64,000 bases of DNA, from NCBI GenBank assembly GCA_050613775.1, contig JBODTK010000110.1:1-64000 (forward strand), in the 5' to 3' direction. Made by a program: the position numbers and the translations under genes. The stretch comes from Neocallimastix sp. 'constans' (Eukaryota). The notes under the pieces were generated by a model, which was not told where the DNA came from, did not search any database, and worked only from the letters and a program-made list of their open reading frames with translations. The stretch's first letter is position 1, and each line of letters opens with the position of its first letter. Positions 43,996-58,841 of the stretch are shown here, one piece after another.

Positions 43996-44789
43996 GTTTT
44001 AATTTTATTAAGTTTGTTACTATCACATGGAATGAAAATGAAAAGGATTTAAATAAACTCATATATTATACGGTTATTGATAATATATGGGAAGTAATTA
44101 AAATGATATTTAAGTTATTTAACTTTAAAATATAATTAAATATCTTTTTTTTTTTTTTTTTTTAAACTATTTTTTATTATTATTATTATTATTATTTTTT
44201 TTTTTTATATTTTTTTATTATTTTATTTTTTAAAATTTAGTAATATTTTAAATATTATTAAATATTATTATTATTTTTTTTAAACTATTTTTTATTATTA
44301 TTATTATTATTTTTTTTTTTATATTTTTTTATTATTTTATTTTTTAAAATTTAGTAATATTTTAAATATTATTAAATATTATTTTTATAATATAATCAAC
44401 AAATATATTGATATAATTTATTATTGATCATTAAAAATATGTAATAAAAATTTATTATTTTATTATAATGAATAAATTAATTTTTTTTATATATATATTT
44501 TTTATTTTTATTTATAATTAATACTTTAACTATGTTATATATGTTATATTTACATCAAAATACCTTTACATAATATTTAAATAATTATGTACGTTTTTCT
44601 TTGTTCTATTTAATAATATTTATATCTGTATAAAAATTTTGATAATCATATAATGCATATGATTAATAAATATATGTTGTATTTTATAGATTTATGTTTC
44701 GGAATTTTTTTTATTAATATTTTATATATATAATATTATAATAGTATAATAAATATAATATTAATAATATATAATTACTATATAAAATA

Positions 44790-45300
44790 ATAAAATAATA
44801 AATAATAAAATAAAATAATAAATAATAAATAATAAATAATAAGTAATAAATAATAAATAATAAATAATAAATAATTGAATAATAAATAATAAATAATAAA
44901 TAATAAATAATAATTAAATAAATAATAAATAATAAATAATAAATAATAAATAATAATTAAATAAATAATAATTAAATAAATAATAAATAATAAATAATAA
45001 ATAATAAATAATAACTAACAAATAATTAAATAATAAATAATAAATAATAAATAATAAATAATAAATAATTGAATAATAAATAATTGAATAATTGAATAAT
45101 AAATAATATATAATAAATAATAAATAATAAATAATAAATAATAAATAATAAATAATAATAATAAATAATAAATAATAAATAATAAATAATAAATAATAAA
45201 TAATAAATAATAAATAATAAATAATAAATAATAAATAATAAATAATAATTAATAAATAATAAATAAATAAAAAAAAATTAATAAATAATAAATAAATAAA
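44790..45300. repeat. (AATAAAT)n heptamer satellite abutting the truncated end of the gypsy element
   Basis: Directly visible; a similar tract lies at about 39430-39600. Confidence 0.9.
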
Positions 45301-45339
45301 AAAAAAAAATAAATAAAAAGCATATTCACTAACAAAAAA

Positions 45340-47078
45340 GTTGATTTAATAGAAGAAATCCTTTTTGGATCCATAAGAATACCATTCGAAGAAATCCTAT
45401 ATCCAAGGAAGTCTAAGTAAAGGACACAAAATTCATATTTTTCAAGTTTGTTGTATAGATAAGCTTTTTTGAGTCTTGAGAGAACTTTAGTAAGATGTTT
45501 AAGATGAGTTTCTAGATCCGGAGAAAACATTATTATATCGTCAATATAGTATAAGACAAATTTCCAAAGAATGTTTTCAAGAACGTCGTTAATGAAGTGT
45601 TTAAATACGACAGGAGCATTTTTTAAACCAAAAGGTATGACAAAGTATTCAAAATTTCCATATTTTCAAGTAAAGGCTGTTTTATATTCATCTCCTTCTT
45701 TGATTCAAACTAGATTATAGGCAGATCGAAGATCGAGTTTCGAAAATACTTTTCCTTTAGCTTAAGTGTTCGAACATTTCATTTATTAAGGGCAAAAGGT
45801 AAGAGTCACGGATTGCAATGTCATTCAAATGTCGATAGTTTACAATCATTCTTAGTTTACCATTCTTTTTTAATACAGAGAAAACAGGAGCACCGCGAAT
45901 TCCAGATACGTTAGGAAAGTGACATTCAAGAGAGTAAGGAATATTGTTTTCTTCTACAAAGGACACGTCCATTAAATTGAGTTGAGTTTAGTTTTAGAAA
46001 GAAATATTAGAGATATTAAGAGTGAATTAAAAAAAAAATTGGAAGTTTTATATTGGTTTTTTATTAGAGATTCTTCTTCTTGGAATAGTTTTTGGTTGGG
46101 GATTAGTGATATAGGAACTGTATGTGGAAACTTTTATTTTTTTTTTTTTGTTTTTTTTTTTTTGTTTCTAAAAGAACATTTATCAAGAGAATGGTTGGCG
46201 GATCTACAATAGACACAAAGATGTTCTTCTCGTCTTCTTTCTTTTTCTTCATTTAGATAAAGGACTTTGAGTATTAAATTTGAAAACCTTTTTTTTTTTC
46301 CATTAATTTGTCTTCTGCTGTTATTGTTTCGATCATTATTATTTCTGTTACTATTATTACTACTACTTGATCTGCTTTATGGATTAGGAACTGTCTATGA
46401 GCAGCGATGCCACTATCTAATCTAGAAGCAATAGTTTGTAATGCGAAAAAAAGATCTAGGACCTGGAAACATTTCATATATTTTAGTAGCAATTTGATAA
46501 TTTAAACCATTGAGAAAAGCATCCATTTTGGCTTCTTCATTCCGTGAAGATTCATCAGAATATCTATTGAATTCGAGAATGTAGTTTATTATTTCATTGA
46601 TACTTTTTTTGTTTTATTGTTTTCAAGTTTCCAGTTGATAATGACAGTAGAAGTGTATCTCCCAAATGTTGCTTTAAATATTACGGTGAATTGTTGATAA
46701 TTATTTAAGCATGAATCATTATTTTCAATTAGAGTAGTAGTCCAGTTCATTGCAGAGTCGTAATGTATAGATATAATATATGCGACTTTTAATTGGTTCA
46801 ATGGTGAATCTTTCTGGATCAAGCATGAATATTAAATTCATTTTGGCTAAGAATCCTATAAAATATCGACGATCCAAAAGACAGTAAATTCAAAAATAGT
46901 ATGAAAAGAAGTAGTCTGGAATTAGATAATTATTTGGAGATTATATAATAAGAATCGGTAGCCCAAAGCATTGAAGTGGTGGATTCCAAATAGTGGGTTC
47001 GAAAGGTGGATTATAGGAATATAATATCGTTAGCTTACGAAGGTATCGTAGCTTTCTTTTACTTATAGGTACTTTTAT
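45340..47078 (-). mobile_element. Decayed Ty3/gypsy (Tf2/chromovirus-like) internal region: gag, partial protease and RT; 3' part lost
   Basis: gag-like LKVAYIIS...AMNW...LNNYQQF. RT motifs GAPVFSVLKKNGKLRMIVNYR.LN, FSKLDLRSAYNLV, PFGLKNAP, YIDDI and FLGYRIS. Contains stops and deletions. Confidence 0.9.
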
Positions 47079-47657
47079 TGTAATGGGGGAATTGTTTAAA
47101 TTGGATTAAACGTATTTACACGATAGGTTCATAGCACTAAGTAATTTAAAATACGTTTTATAATGAACGAGTTTTATTAATTTTTTATTAAAAATATAAA
47201 TATTAATTATTACTTATTAATCAATTAATTGATATAATATTCTAAATTATATATAACTAATTAATAAAAGGGCGAATTTAAAAATATTTTATTGTGAAAT
47301 TTTACACCTATTTATCGTTTTTACGGAGGAATAATTATTAGCATTGATCAATAATTATTATTAATTATTAATAATTAAACAAAGTTCAAAAAAAAAAAAT
47401 AAGTTTTTCTTTTCTGGAAAATGAATCTTAGATAAAAAAAATGATAAAAAATTATTAATAAAATAGATTTTTCTAGTTTTATCGATCTGATTATTTTGAA
47501 GGATAAAACGATAAAAAAAATAGTAATTTCTTTAATATTTTAAATATAATAAATAAAAAATTAATAAATTTTGGAAAGAGCGGGGTTCAGCCTGACGGTC
47601 ATGATAGCTTACTACTGAACCATGGCTACTAATGTGCTAGTTAAGAGTTTCGTTACA
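47079..47657 (-). mobile_element. Putative 5' LTR of the gypsy element (579 bp)
   Basis: The minus strand begins TGTAAC and ends ATTACA (TGTAA/TTACA terminal inverted repeat). It lies upstream of gag, and its outer edge cuts directly into Asn-rich-gene-derived sequence at 47658. No second LTR is in the window to confirm it. Confidence 0.6.
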
Positions 47658-48000
47658 GCTAACAATGCTCATCATTTGAATAAAAGAACTTTTAACAAGT
47701 TTATTGATGTTTATGGAGATAAAGATTTTGATTTTTTGAAAAATTCGGTGATCAAAAATTAAAAATTAGTGAAAAACTTTTGAATAATAATAATAATAGT
47801 GGTAGCAATATCAGCAATAATATACATATATCTGGTCAATTAAAATCAAATAATGGTAATAGTAATCTATATAATCTATGTAATCTTATTCGTAGTAGTG
47901 ATAATAGTCATCCTAATAGTAGTCATAAAAGTAAAAACAATATTGAACAATATGATGATGAAAATTTTGGTTTTGGTGAAATGGAAGTAAAAGAATTAAT
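47658..48000 (+). pseudogene. Truncated fragment of the Asn-rich gene family
   Basis: ANNAHHLNKRTFNKFIDVYGDKDFDF...HISGQLKSN...NLCNL...EQYDDENFGFGEME matches modules in 49549-51831 and the window-end sequence ANNIHHLNKK...IEVYG. Frameshifted. Confidence 0.75.
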
Positions 48001-48175
48001 AAAAATAAAAATAAAAATAAAAATAAAAAATAAAAAATAAAAAAATAAAAATAAAAATTAAATAAAACATATATATAAAATAAATTAAGAAATTAATAAC
48101 AAAATAAAAATAAAAGTAAAATAAAAAATAAAATAAAAAATAAGAATAAAAAAAAAAAAAAAACATTAAATATTT

Positions 48176-49490
48176 AATTATTTGTAATATTTATTCTATT
48201 TACTTAAATATTTAGATATTAATTTTATTTAAATTTTTATTTATTTAGATTTTGATTTATTTAAAATTCTAATTATTTATTTATTAAAATTTTATAATAT
48301 GTTTTAATTAAATCAATTACCATATTAGGTCATTCTATTTTAATTTGTCTTTTTTTTTTTTTTTATTTTTTTTTTTTTATTTTATTTTATTTTTTTTTTT
48401 TTCTTTATTTTGAAGATGATAATTATCGTACTTATATTTTGATTTAAAATATTAATATTTGAAATAAGAGGTACTTTTTTCACCTTTTAGATATTTTATT
48501 ATTATTTAAAAAAAATAAAATTTTGAATTACTTTTTTTATTATTATATAAGAGTTTGAATTAAAATTAAATTTTTATATAGCTTATAGTATTATTTTTAT
48601 TTATTATATGTTTAATTTTTATTTTTAAATGAATTATATATATATATATATATTATATTTTATCTATATGCTATTTATTATAATAATAATATTAAAAATA
48701 ATTAATATGAACATAATGACTGATGCAAAGTTCAATGAAAATAATTTAAGTAACTCTTTAATAAGAAAATAAAAAAAAAAATAAAAAATAAAAAAAATAA
48801 AAAATAAAAAAAATTAATAATTCCATATTAAATGGTTACAAATACAAGGAACAATATAATAATATTTTAAAATAATGATATAGCTACTTTAAATATGAGC
48901 AATAATAATAGTAAATGCTTCTCTATGAGCACTTCTAGGGTCGCTTCTCACTTGTTAATAGAATCTTTTGATTATTTTAAACAGTATGAAGAAGAGGAAA
49001 GAGACAAAGACAATTTTGATGATCTTGATTTTAGCGATATTGGTATTGATGATTTAAAAAGTAGATTAGATTCCTATAATCATAAATATAATGATGATAC
49101 GGAAAGTTGTAGTTCTATTATTAATATTACTAATGATAAAAATATGAACTCCAATATCGATAAAATTTCTACAAGTCATTCCTTAAAAAGTATTTCAAAC
49201 ATACATAATAAAGAGACTTATTTTTCTCCTGAAAAATTAAAGAATAAACAAAAACATATTACAATAAGTGGACCTGTTCTTCCATTACTTAAAGATGAAC
49301 GAAATGAATATAAATCAAAAAGTGGTGGATTGATTCATAATTATACTTTAAAAAGTAGTTCCGGTACTTCTATCACTACCGCTACTTCTGAAAAACCGAA
49401 TGCCAATAATATACCATTAGATGCTTGTATTATAAAAAAGAAATTCAATAATTTTAATGTAAATAAAAGTACCAGTACATTAGATAATGG
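48176..49490 (+). repeat. Segmental duplication of upstream region plus gene 5' part; partner at about 61446-63550
   Basis: 48176-48640 is near-identical to 61446-61900, and 48700-49490 to 62797-63550. Confidence 0.9.
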
Positions 49491-49509
49491 TTGCAAATAC
49501 AAGGATTAG
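48895..49509 (+). pseudogene. Truncated copy of the N-terminal part of the Asn/Ser-rich protein
   Basis: High identity to the ORF from 62960 onward. The upstream start region is disrupted, and the ORF ends at a junction that jumps back into a repeat of its own start. Confidence 0.6.
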
Positions 49510-49548
49510 TGTAATAATATTTTAAATAATGATATAACTACCTTAAAT

Positions 49549-51831
<2,283 letters not shown>

Positions 51832-52019
51832 AAAGAATTAAAAATTGATGAAAAAATATTTTAAAAGAAAAATATATTATTTATTCTTATTTAATGATAG
51901 ATTAAATATTGAATAAGTTTTTATTTTATTTTAATTTATTTTATTTTAAAATTTTTTAACTTTGACTTTAACATAATTTATATGATACTTTATAATAATT
52001 ACTATTTTTTCTTTCTGTA

Positions 52020-55000
52020 TTGCTAATCACCAGGGAAGGTAAAAATTTTTGAAATATATCTTCAAAATCTTAAAATTCATCACCTTGTATTCTTTCAAGC
52101 CATTCCTCAATATCGTATTCTATGTCTAACTTTCTTTCGTTCATGTATATTTTCTAGATTTTGGAATATTATTAACTAAATAGGAAATAATACAATTTGA
52201 ATCTTTCCATTTATCAAAACATTTGACTTGAGACAAAGCACACTTAGCTAACAATGGAGGAATATTTAAATCTTTTGAAATAGAATATACATTAATAAAT
52301 GATTTAGCTCTTTGTATACCTGCAATCCATCTTAATCCTTTATTAATTAATTTCTGAGTATTATTTGTTCTCGCTTTATTTGAACCAAGTAAAGGTGCAA
52401 AGTAAGAGACTTTACTAAGTACATAGGAGTTAATAATAATCTTCTTAAATGAAATAGGAATTTTGGAATTTGAAAGAAATTTACAAGCAGAAAAGAGAGC
52501 TTTAGTATCTTTAGAGTTAAGTAATTTAATAATAATAGGGTTCAACGATAAGCTTTTATCAAATGGTATACCTAAATAGGTATAACATTTAGTTATTGGG
52601 ATTGGTTGACCAGCAAGATAAAAAGTAGGATCTCTTTTATTTTGAAAAAGAGGTGTGTCTGGTCGAATCACCATCGTTGCGCACTTGTTAATTCCAAAAT
52701 TCATCAAATTAAATTTAGCCCATTCATTTACCTTCTTAAGCATTTTTTTTAACTTCTTGATGGTGCGCAAAGAACAATATCATTTGCAAAGAGTCCACCA
52801 CAACATCTAGATTCGCCTAAAGGAATTCCAAGTTCTGAAAAATCATTAAAAATGTCATTAATAAAAAAATTGAAAAGAATTGGTGATAGTGGACAACCTT
52901 ATCTAACTCCTTTCATAATATTAAAAGATTCCGAATATTGATCATCAATTTTAACACTGGCTTTGGAAGTCAAATATAGATTTTTTATAAATTGATAACA
53001 TTTACCTCTAATACTTAAAGCATCTAATTTATATAAAATATTACCTATTGGAACAGAATCATATGCCTTTTTTAAATCTAGAAAAGCAAGGTAAGTTTCT
53101 TTATTATCATTTTTACGCCTTTGACAAATTTCTCGAATTGAAATAAATAAACTAACACATTCTTCTTTTGTACGAAATCCAAATTGCTCTGACCTAATAA
53201 AATTATTTTTAAGTCCATATTCTGAAATTCTTTTGGAGACTATTTTCGAAATGAGTTTAATACCATTGTTAATCAGAAAGATACCTCGATAATTGTCACA
53301 ATCAGATAGATCATCTCCTTTTTTAGGAATAGATATAATACTTGCTTCATTCCAAGAGCTAGGAAATTCACCATTCCAAATTCTTGAGTATATCTTCTGT
53401 AAACAATTTAAACCAGAAGAAGAATTATTTACTGAATTTTCGTCATCCGGAGGAATTAAAGCTTTATAAAATTCAATAGGAATTCCATCCGGACCTGAAG
53501 CTTTATAATTTGGAGTAGCTAAAATTGCTTCTCTAATTTCTTCTATACTGATGTCTTGATTTATATCCCATTCATTGTGTCTCGTATACCTAATTGTTCC
53601 ATTGGAAAATTTATTAGACCATTCTATTAATGCACTATTGATATCAGAATGGCTTGAAGCAAGTTTTTTATAGTGATTGTGCCATACTTCTAACTGTTCT
53701 TTAGTAGAAGTAGCTAGTTTACCATTTTTGTCCTTTACTGGAGAATTTGACATATTTTTAAATTTATCTACTTTTACTGTTGTTTTAAGCCATTTCCAAG
53801 CTTTCTTAGGGTTATGAGATTTCATATATTCACATCCTGTATTGATCCAATGTTGGTATTCAGTTTTCCTATAAATATTACGCATATGATGAATAATTTT
53901 GCACATTCTATTATATTTTTCAATTAATTCTTCAAATTCATCTAAATTATGATAAGAACCTCTTCTTTTAATGGATTTATATAATTTCATTTTGAGTTTT
54001 TGCAAATTAAATATTCTCTGCGACATATGAAAAAAAGATTTTCGAACTTCTGAAATTGACGTGATATTAAGTTCCTTAGCAATATTGAATGAAGTTGAAA
54101 TAAATTTCTTAGAAATATCATCAATACTAATATTAGGATTTGGAATCACTTCCTCTAAAACACTAAAATAGTTGTTGTCAAAAATTGATTCTTTTTCATT
54201 TATACATTTTAATCTATCCCATTTAACTGTCTTTTTAGGCAGAGAAAAAGAATTATCTGAATTAACTAATGAAAAACATTTACCTTTTATTAATAAAGGT
54301 TTATGATCCAAAATGGGGGGAAAGTCAATAAAAGTACCATATGAATGTAAATCTAACATATGATCATTGACAATCGCATGATCTATATCAGATTTTCTAT
54401 TACCTCTACTCCATGAAATTGGGGAGCCCCATAAGGGAAGAATTTTCCAATTACTAAATTTAGAGAGCAAATTACCTAATTTCTCAGTAGGTAAATTAAA
54501 ATCACCAACCAACATTGAAGGATGAGAAGAGTGACTATTTAACCACGACAATATTTCAATTCTAACAGCTCTAGCATGAAGGCTATGGCCACTATGAGGT
54601 ACGTACACATTACCAATAGAACATTTAGTGAAATTCCAAAAAATTATAAGTATACAAGGAAATAATATACTCATAAGTATTATTTTCAAGAGAGGCTTGA
54701 CAAGAATTATGAAACCCAATATAAAGACCTCTTTTACCGGGAATTTCGTTATTAGCTTTTTTGAAGAAATGTTTGTAGTTTTTTAATGATTCTCGACATG
54801 GATATTTACTGCTAGAACCTGAACCATTTCCTGTTTCCTGAAAGCATAAGAAAAGTGGTTTGTACATTGAAATAAAGAATTCAACACTGTCTTTTTTATC
54901 AAAGTTCCATCCATTAGTATTCCACCTGACACATAGAGAAAATTCTTCAACTGTATTATTATTAATATGAGTGTTATTAATATTATTGGAATTATTAAAA

Positions 55001-55659
55001 ATGATTGAACTGGAATTTGAATTTGAATCTGAATTTGAATCTGAACTTGAAACTGAATTTAAACATAAATTTGAAATTGAACTTGAACTTGAACTTGAAC
55101 TTGTACTTGAACTTGTACTTGAACTTGTACTTGAACTTGTACTTGAACTTGTACTTGAACTTGTACTTGAACTTGTACTTGAACTTGAACATGAATCTGT
55201 ATTTGAACTTGAATTTGAATTTTGACTTGAATTTGAATTTGAATTTGAAGTAGTGAATAAGTTGATATTATATGATGAAATCACTTTTTCTGATAAGGCA
55301 AAATGTTTCCTTTTGAGTGAAGAAAAACTGTATTTATGATTCCTTTTGCTACAATTAATAACATTAATTGAAGCACGTTTGAAACTATTAACAATACAAT
55401 CGGTAATAGATGTTATTTCTTCTTCATTACCTACTGTTTTAATTTTAAAGAATGCATCATTAAAATTAGCAATACGTTTAACTGATAAAACCTTATCATT
55501 TAATTCATTCAGAGTTTTCTTTAAATGTCTTCTCTTTTTGATTTCTGGCCAAGATCGAAGTCCGCGGATAAAGAGTAGTTTCGTATTCTCCATTGGTACA
55601 CCGTGGCACCTTGAATCTCTTAGAATGAAATTCTTATTTCTTATATATTGGATTTCCAT
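52020..55659 (-). mobile_element. Second, divergent decayed non-LTR retrotransposon (N-terminal domain, Ser-rich linker, APE, RT), 3'-truncated
   Basis: WNTNGW, CFQETG, VGDFN, DIDH, LDHKP; KASGPDG, NYRGI, EQFGFR, DLKKAYDSV, GVR*GCPLSP, and FAND in place of FADD. Frameshifts near 54640 and 52765. No 3' UTR or poly(A) visible. Confidence 0.9.
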
Positions 55660-55907
55660 AATAGTAATAAAAAACTAAAAATTAATAAACTAAAAAAAAT
55701 AAAAATAAAAGTCAGTTTTTATTATAAAGTCTTGAGTATAATGAGAATTGTAATAATTTTATATCTTTTTGCTTTTTGGAGTAAATAATTTCGATAAAAT
55801 TAAATCCAATAAATTTGAGGTCATATGAAATTAAATCAAACGAATTTTTTTTTTAACAAACAAAAAAAAAAAAGAAGCATAATTGAAAATTAATAATTTT
55901 TTTTAAA

Positions 55908-55952
<45 letters not shown>

Positions 55953-56929
55953 AAAAATAGAGGTATAATTTCTTTATTCTAAAAATTTAAAGATCAGATT
56001 TCATATATCAATATTTAAATAATATCAAATAAAAAAAGTTTTTTTTTTTTTTTTTTTTTTAAATTTCAGTAAAAAGGATTAAGTTCACTTTATTATAATT
56101 TTTGATTCCGAAATATAAATATCATATATCCATTTTATAGTGTCGTTAAAATCTTTAATTACTTTTTCAATATAAAAAGTTAAAAAAATAATATTAATTC
56201 ATAATAATAATTAATTTTTTTTTCCTTTTCTCTTTTTCTTTTTTTCCTAATATATCATAATTAATAAAAAAACTAATAAAATAAATGAAGGTATTAGTTA
56301 CTTTAATGCTTCAATGTCTGCTATAACTGAAATTGCAGGTTCTTTTATCAGATGTAAAAAAAGTATCTGAGGCATTAGCCTCAGCAAATATAAATGTTGC
56401 TATATATTTAGTAGAAGATATTATAAATTTTATAATATAAAAAAAAACTGTAATTAAAAAATCTAAATTAAAAACTTTTATATTTTTAATTTTTTTATTA
56501 TTACATAGGGAGGTCGACAAAAGCAATAATTTTTTTAGAAATTTTGAAAATTTTATTATTTAAAAAATCTATTGATCGATTTTTTTTAAGATATTAAATT
56601 ATAAGCAATTAATAATTTATTAATAAAAAAAAATTTCAAAAATAACAAAAATTTTTAAAAAAAATTATTTAAAATAAAATAATTTTGGAAATTACAAAGG
56701 ATTATATATATTATATGAATGATATATATAAATAAATTTTTTTTTACAATTTTCGTTAATGAACCATTATATATATTTTTAAATTTGGTTTATTTGAAGG
56801 TAAATTTATAAATAAAAATGTTATTTATATTTATAATCACAAAAGTAATATTAATATAATACATGAAATTGAAAGAATATAATATAAACGTTATTATTAA
56901 TTACAAAAAAATAATAACATTATTTAAAT

Positions 56930-58841
56930 TTTTCTATTTTACATGAATGATATTTTTCATTTTTATTATTAATTTCTTTGTTATAATTTTTACCTATTAA
57001 CAACATATTATTTTTATAACGTTTTATTCTTTCAAAATACTTTCTTTTTTTATTTGATTCGTTGTTGTATCAACATTTTTTTCATACTTCAATTCTATTA
57101 TTAAAGCTTGGTGTTCGGAATAAATATTAATTAGAACATAGGCTATATCAATAAATCCTTTAACTGAATCAAGTTCTAAATATTCATTATAGTATTCTTC
57201 AGCGACATAAAATGCTAGTAAAATACTAAATTTTAATGTATCTTCACTATTATATATTTTAATTATCAACCCTATTGTGGTATTCCTCAATTAAATTCTC
57301 GACTTCTTTTTCATTACATTCTCATATTGCTTTTAAAAGTCGTCGAGATTCTTCAATTTTTTTTGCAATGGTATTCCACATAGGACTATTTGTAACGGTT
57401 TTAAATACATTCTGAATTTCTTTATTAGGAATATATACTTGTTTAGTATCTGTATCATATGCTAAGTAGCCTAAATGAACATGCATGGTGAAAATATCAT
57501 CTTTAAATGTAAATGTTTTCATATCATTTTGATATGAACTTATATTTATTTTAATTTTTAATCCATCTCTTAATAATATTATATCTTCTTTTAATCCAAA
57601 TAAATTCATTTCAATATATTTTGAAAGAAAATAGAATGTTCCCGAATAACACCAATAATCCAAAATTTTATTAAATCTCAGTGCCTTTATAATTGAATAT
57701 GGTGAATATATCTCATAATACTCATTAAGAAATTCATTCTTTAATTTATAACCATTATACCATATCTTAAGATTTCTAAAATTTACATCTTCTTTATTAT
57801 TTTCATCGTTTTTATTGTTTTCAATTTTTTTATATTTTTTATCATTTTCTTTATTTTTATTCTTTTCATCTTTTTCAATTATTTTATTTTTATATTCTTG
57901 ATTTTTCTTATTTTTTTTATCATTTTTATTTTCTTTATCTTTTTTACATTTTTTTTACTTCCTTATTATAAATTAATTCATTATAATTCCTATTCACTAC
58001 TTCTTTATTTTCTATCTCATCATTATTAAATTTTCGCTTTTTATTTGTATTATTATTTGAATCATTTAAATTATAAATTTCAATTTTTTTCTGTATTTTT
58101 ATTTGCTTTTGTTGTTGAATTATTTCTTTCTGTTTTGTGCATAACTCTTTAACTTCAACATTGGTAAAACCAATATATTCAGACATCCATCCAGATTGAA
58201 TCAAAATTATTAAGAGATAATTGATTTTCAACTTTATTAATTGGTAAATTCCTGTTATGTAAGCTAAAGCTACATAATCTTTATCCTTTAATAATGTATT
58301 CAAAAATTCCAAATATTTTTTATGGGAATCTATTTCGTCTTTTTTATTTCTTAAAATATAATCCCATTCATCTATAATAAAAACAATTTGTCCTTCTATA
58401 ATACTATATATATCTCTTGGAATAAATCTTTTAAAAAAAATTTTTTTTTTATAAATTTTATTTTTTTTTATTAAATTTTTAACTTCATTAACAATTTTAC
58501 TTTTTAATTCTTTAATTCCTTCTTCAACAGTGTTGAAGAAGGAATTAAAGAATTATATATATATATATTTAAATAAATTTAATTATATTTAATTTATTTA
58601 AATATTTATCCCTAAAATTTGTTGTTTCTTTTTCTAAATATTGGTAATATTCAGTGATCATATTAACAGTTACTGTTTTTCCAAAACGCCTAGGCCTCAT
58701 AATGCATACATATTTATATGAAGTATGTATTAATTTATTAAGATGAAGTATCAATTCAGTTTTATCAACATAAAATTCTGAATTTAAAATTTCCTTAAAA
58801 CCATTTACGTTTGGATTAAATATGGTATTTTTACTTTTCAT
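56930..58841 (-). pseudogene. Fragmented bacterial-type AAA-ATPase-like plus PD-(D/E)XK nuclease gene
   Basis: FYVDKTELI, Walker A RPRRFGKT, Walker B FIIDEWD, ALAYITGI, GFT..EVKEL, WYNGY...IYSPYSI, HLGYLAYD...IPNKEI, and nuclease ELDSVKGFIDI...LIIELK. Multiple frameshifts and a Lys/Glu/Asn-rich insert at about 57790-58130. Confidence 0.85.

Noticed and set aside
47640..47700. Hammerhead-like TGATGAG...CGAAAC on the minus strand
   Set aside because: The core C is missing and stems I and II are poor. The match spans the junction between the LTR end and Asn-rich coding sequence, so it is coincidental.
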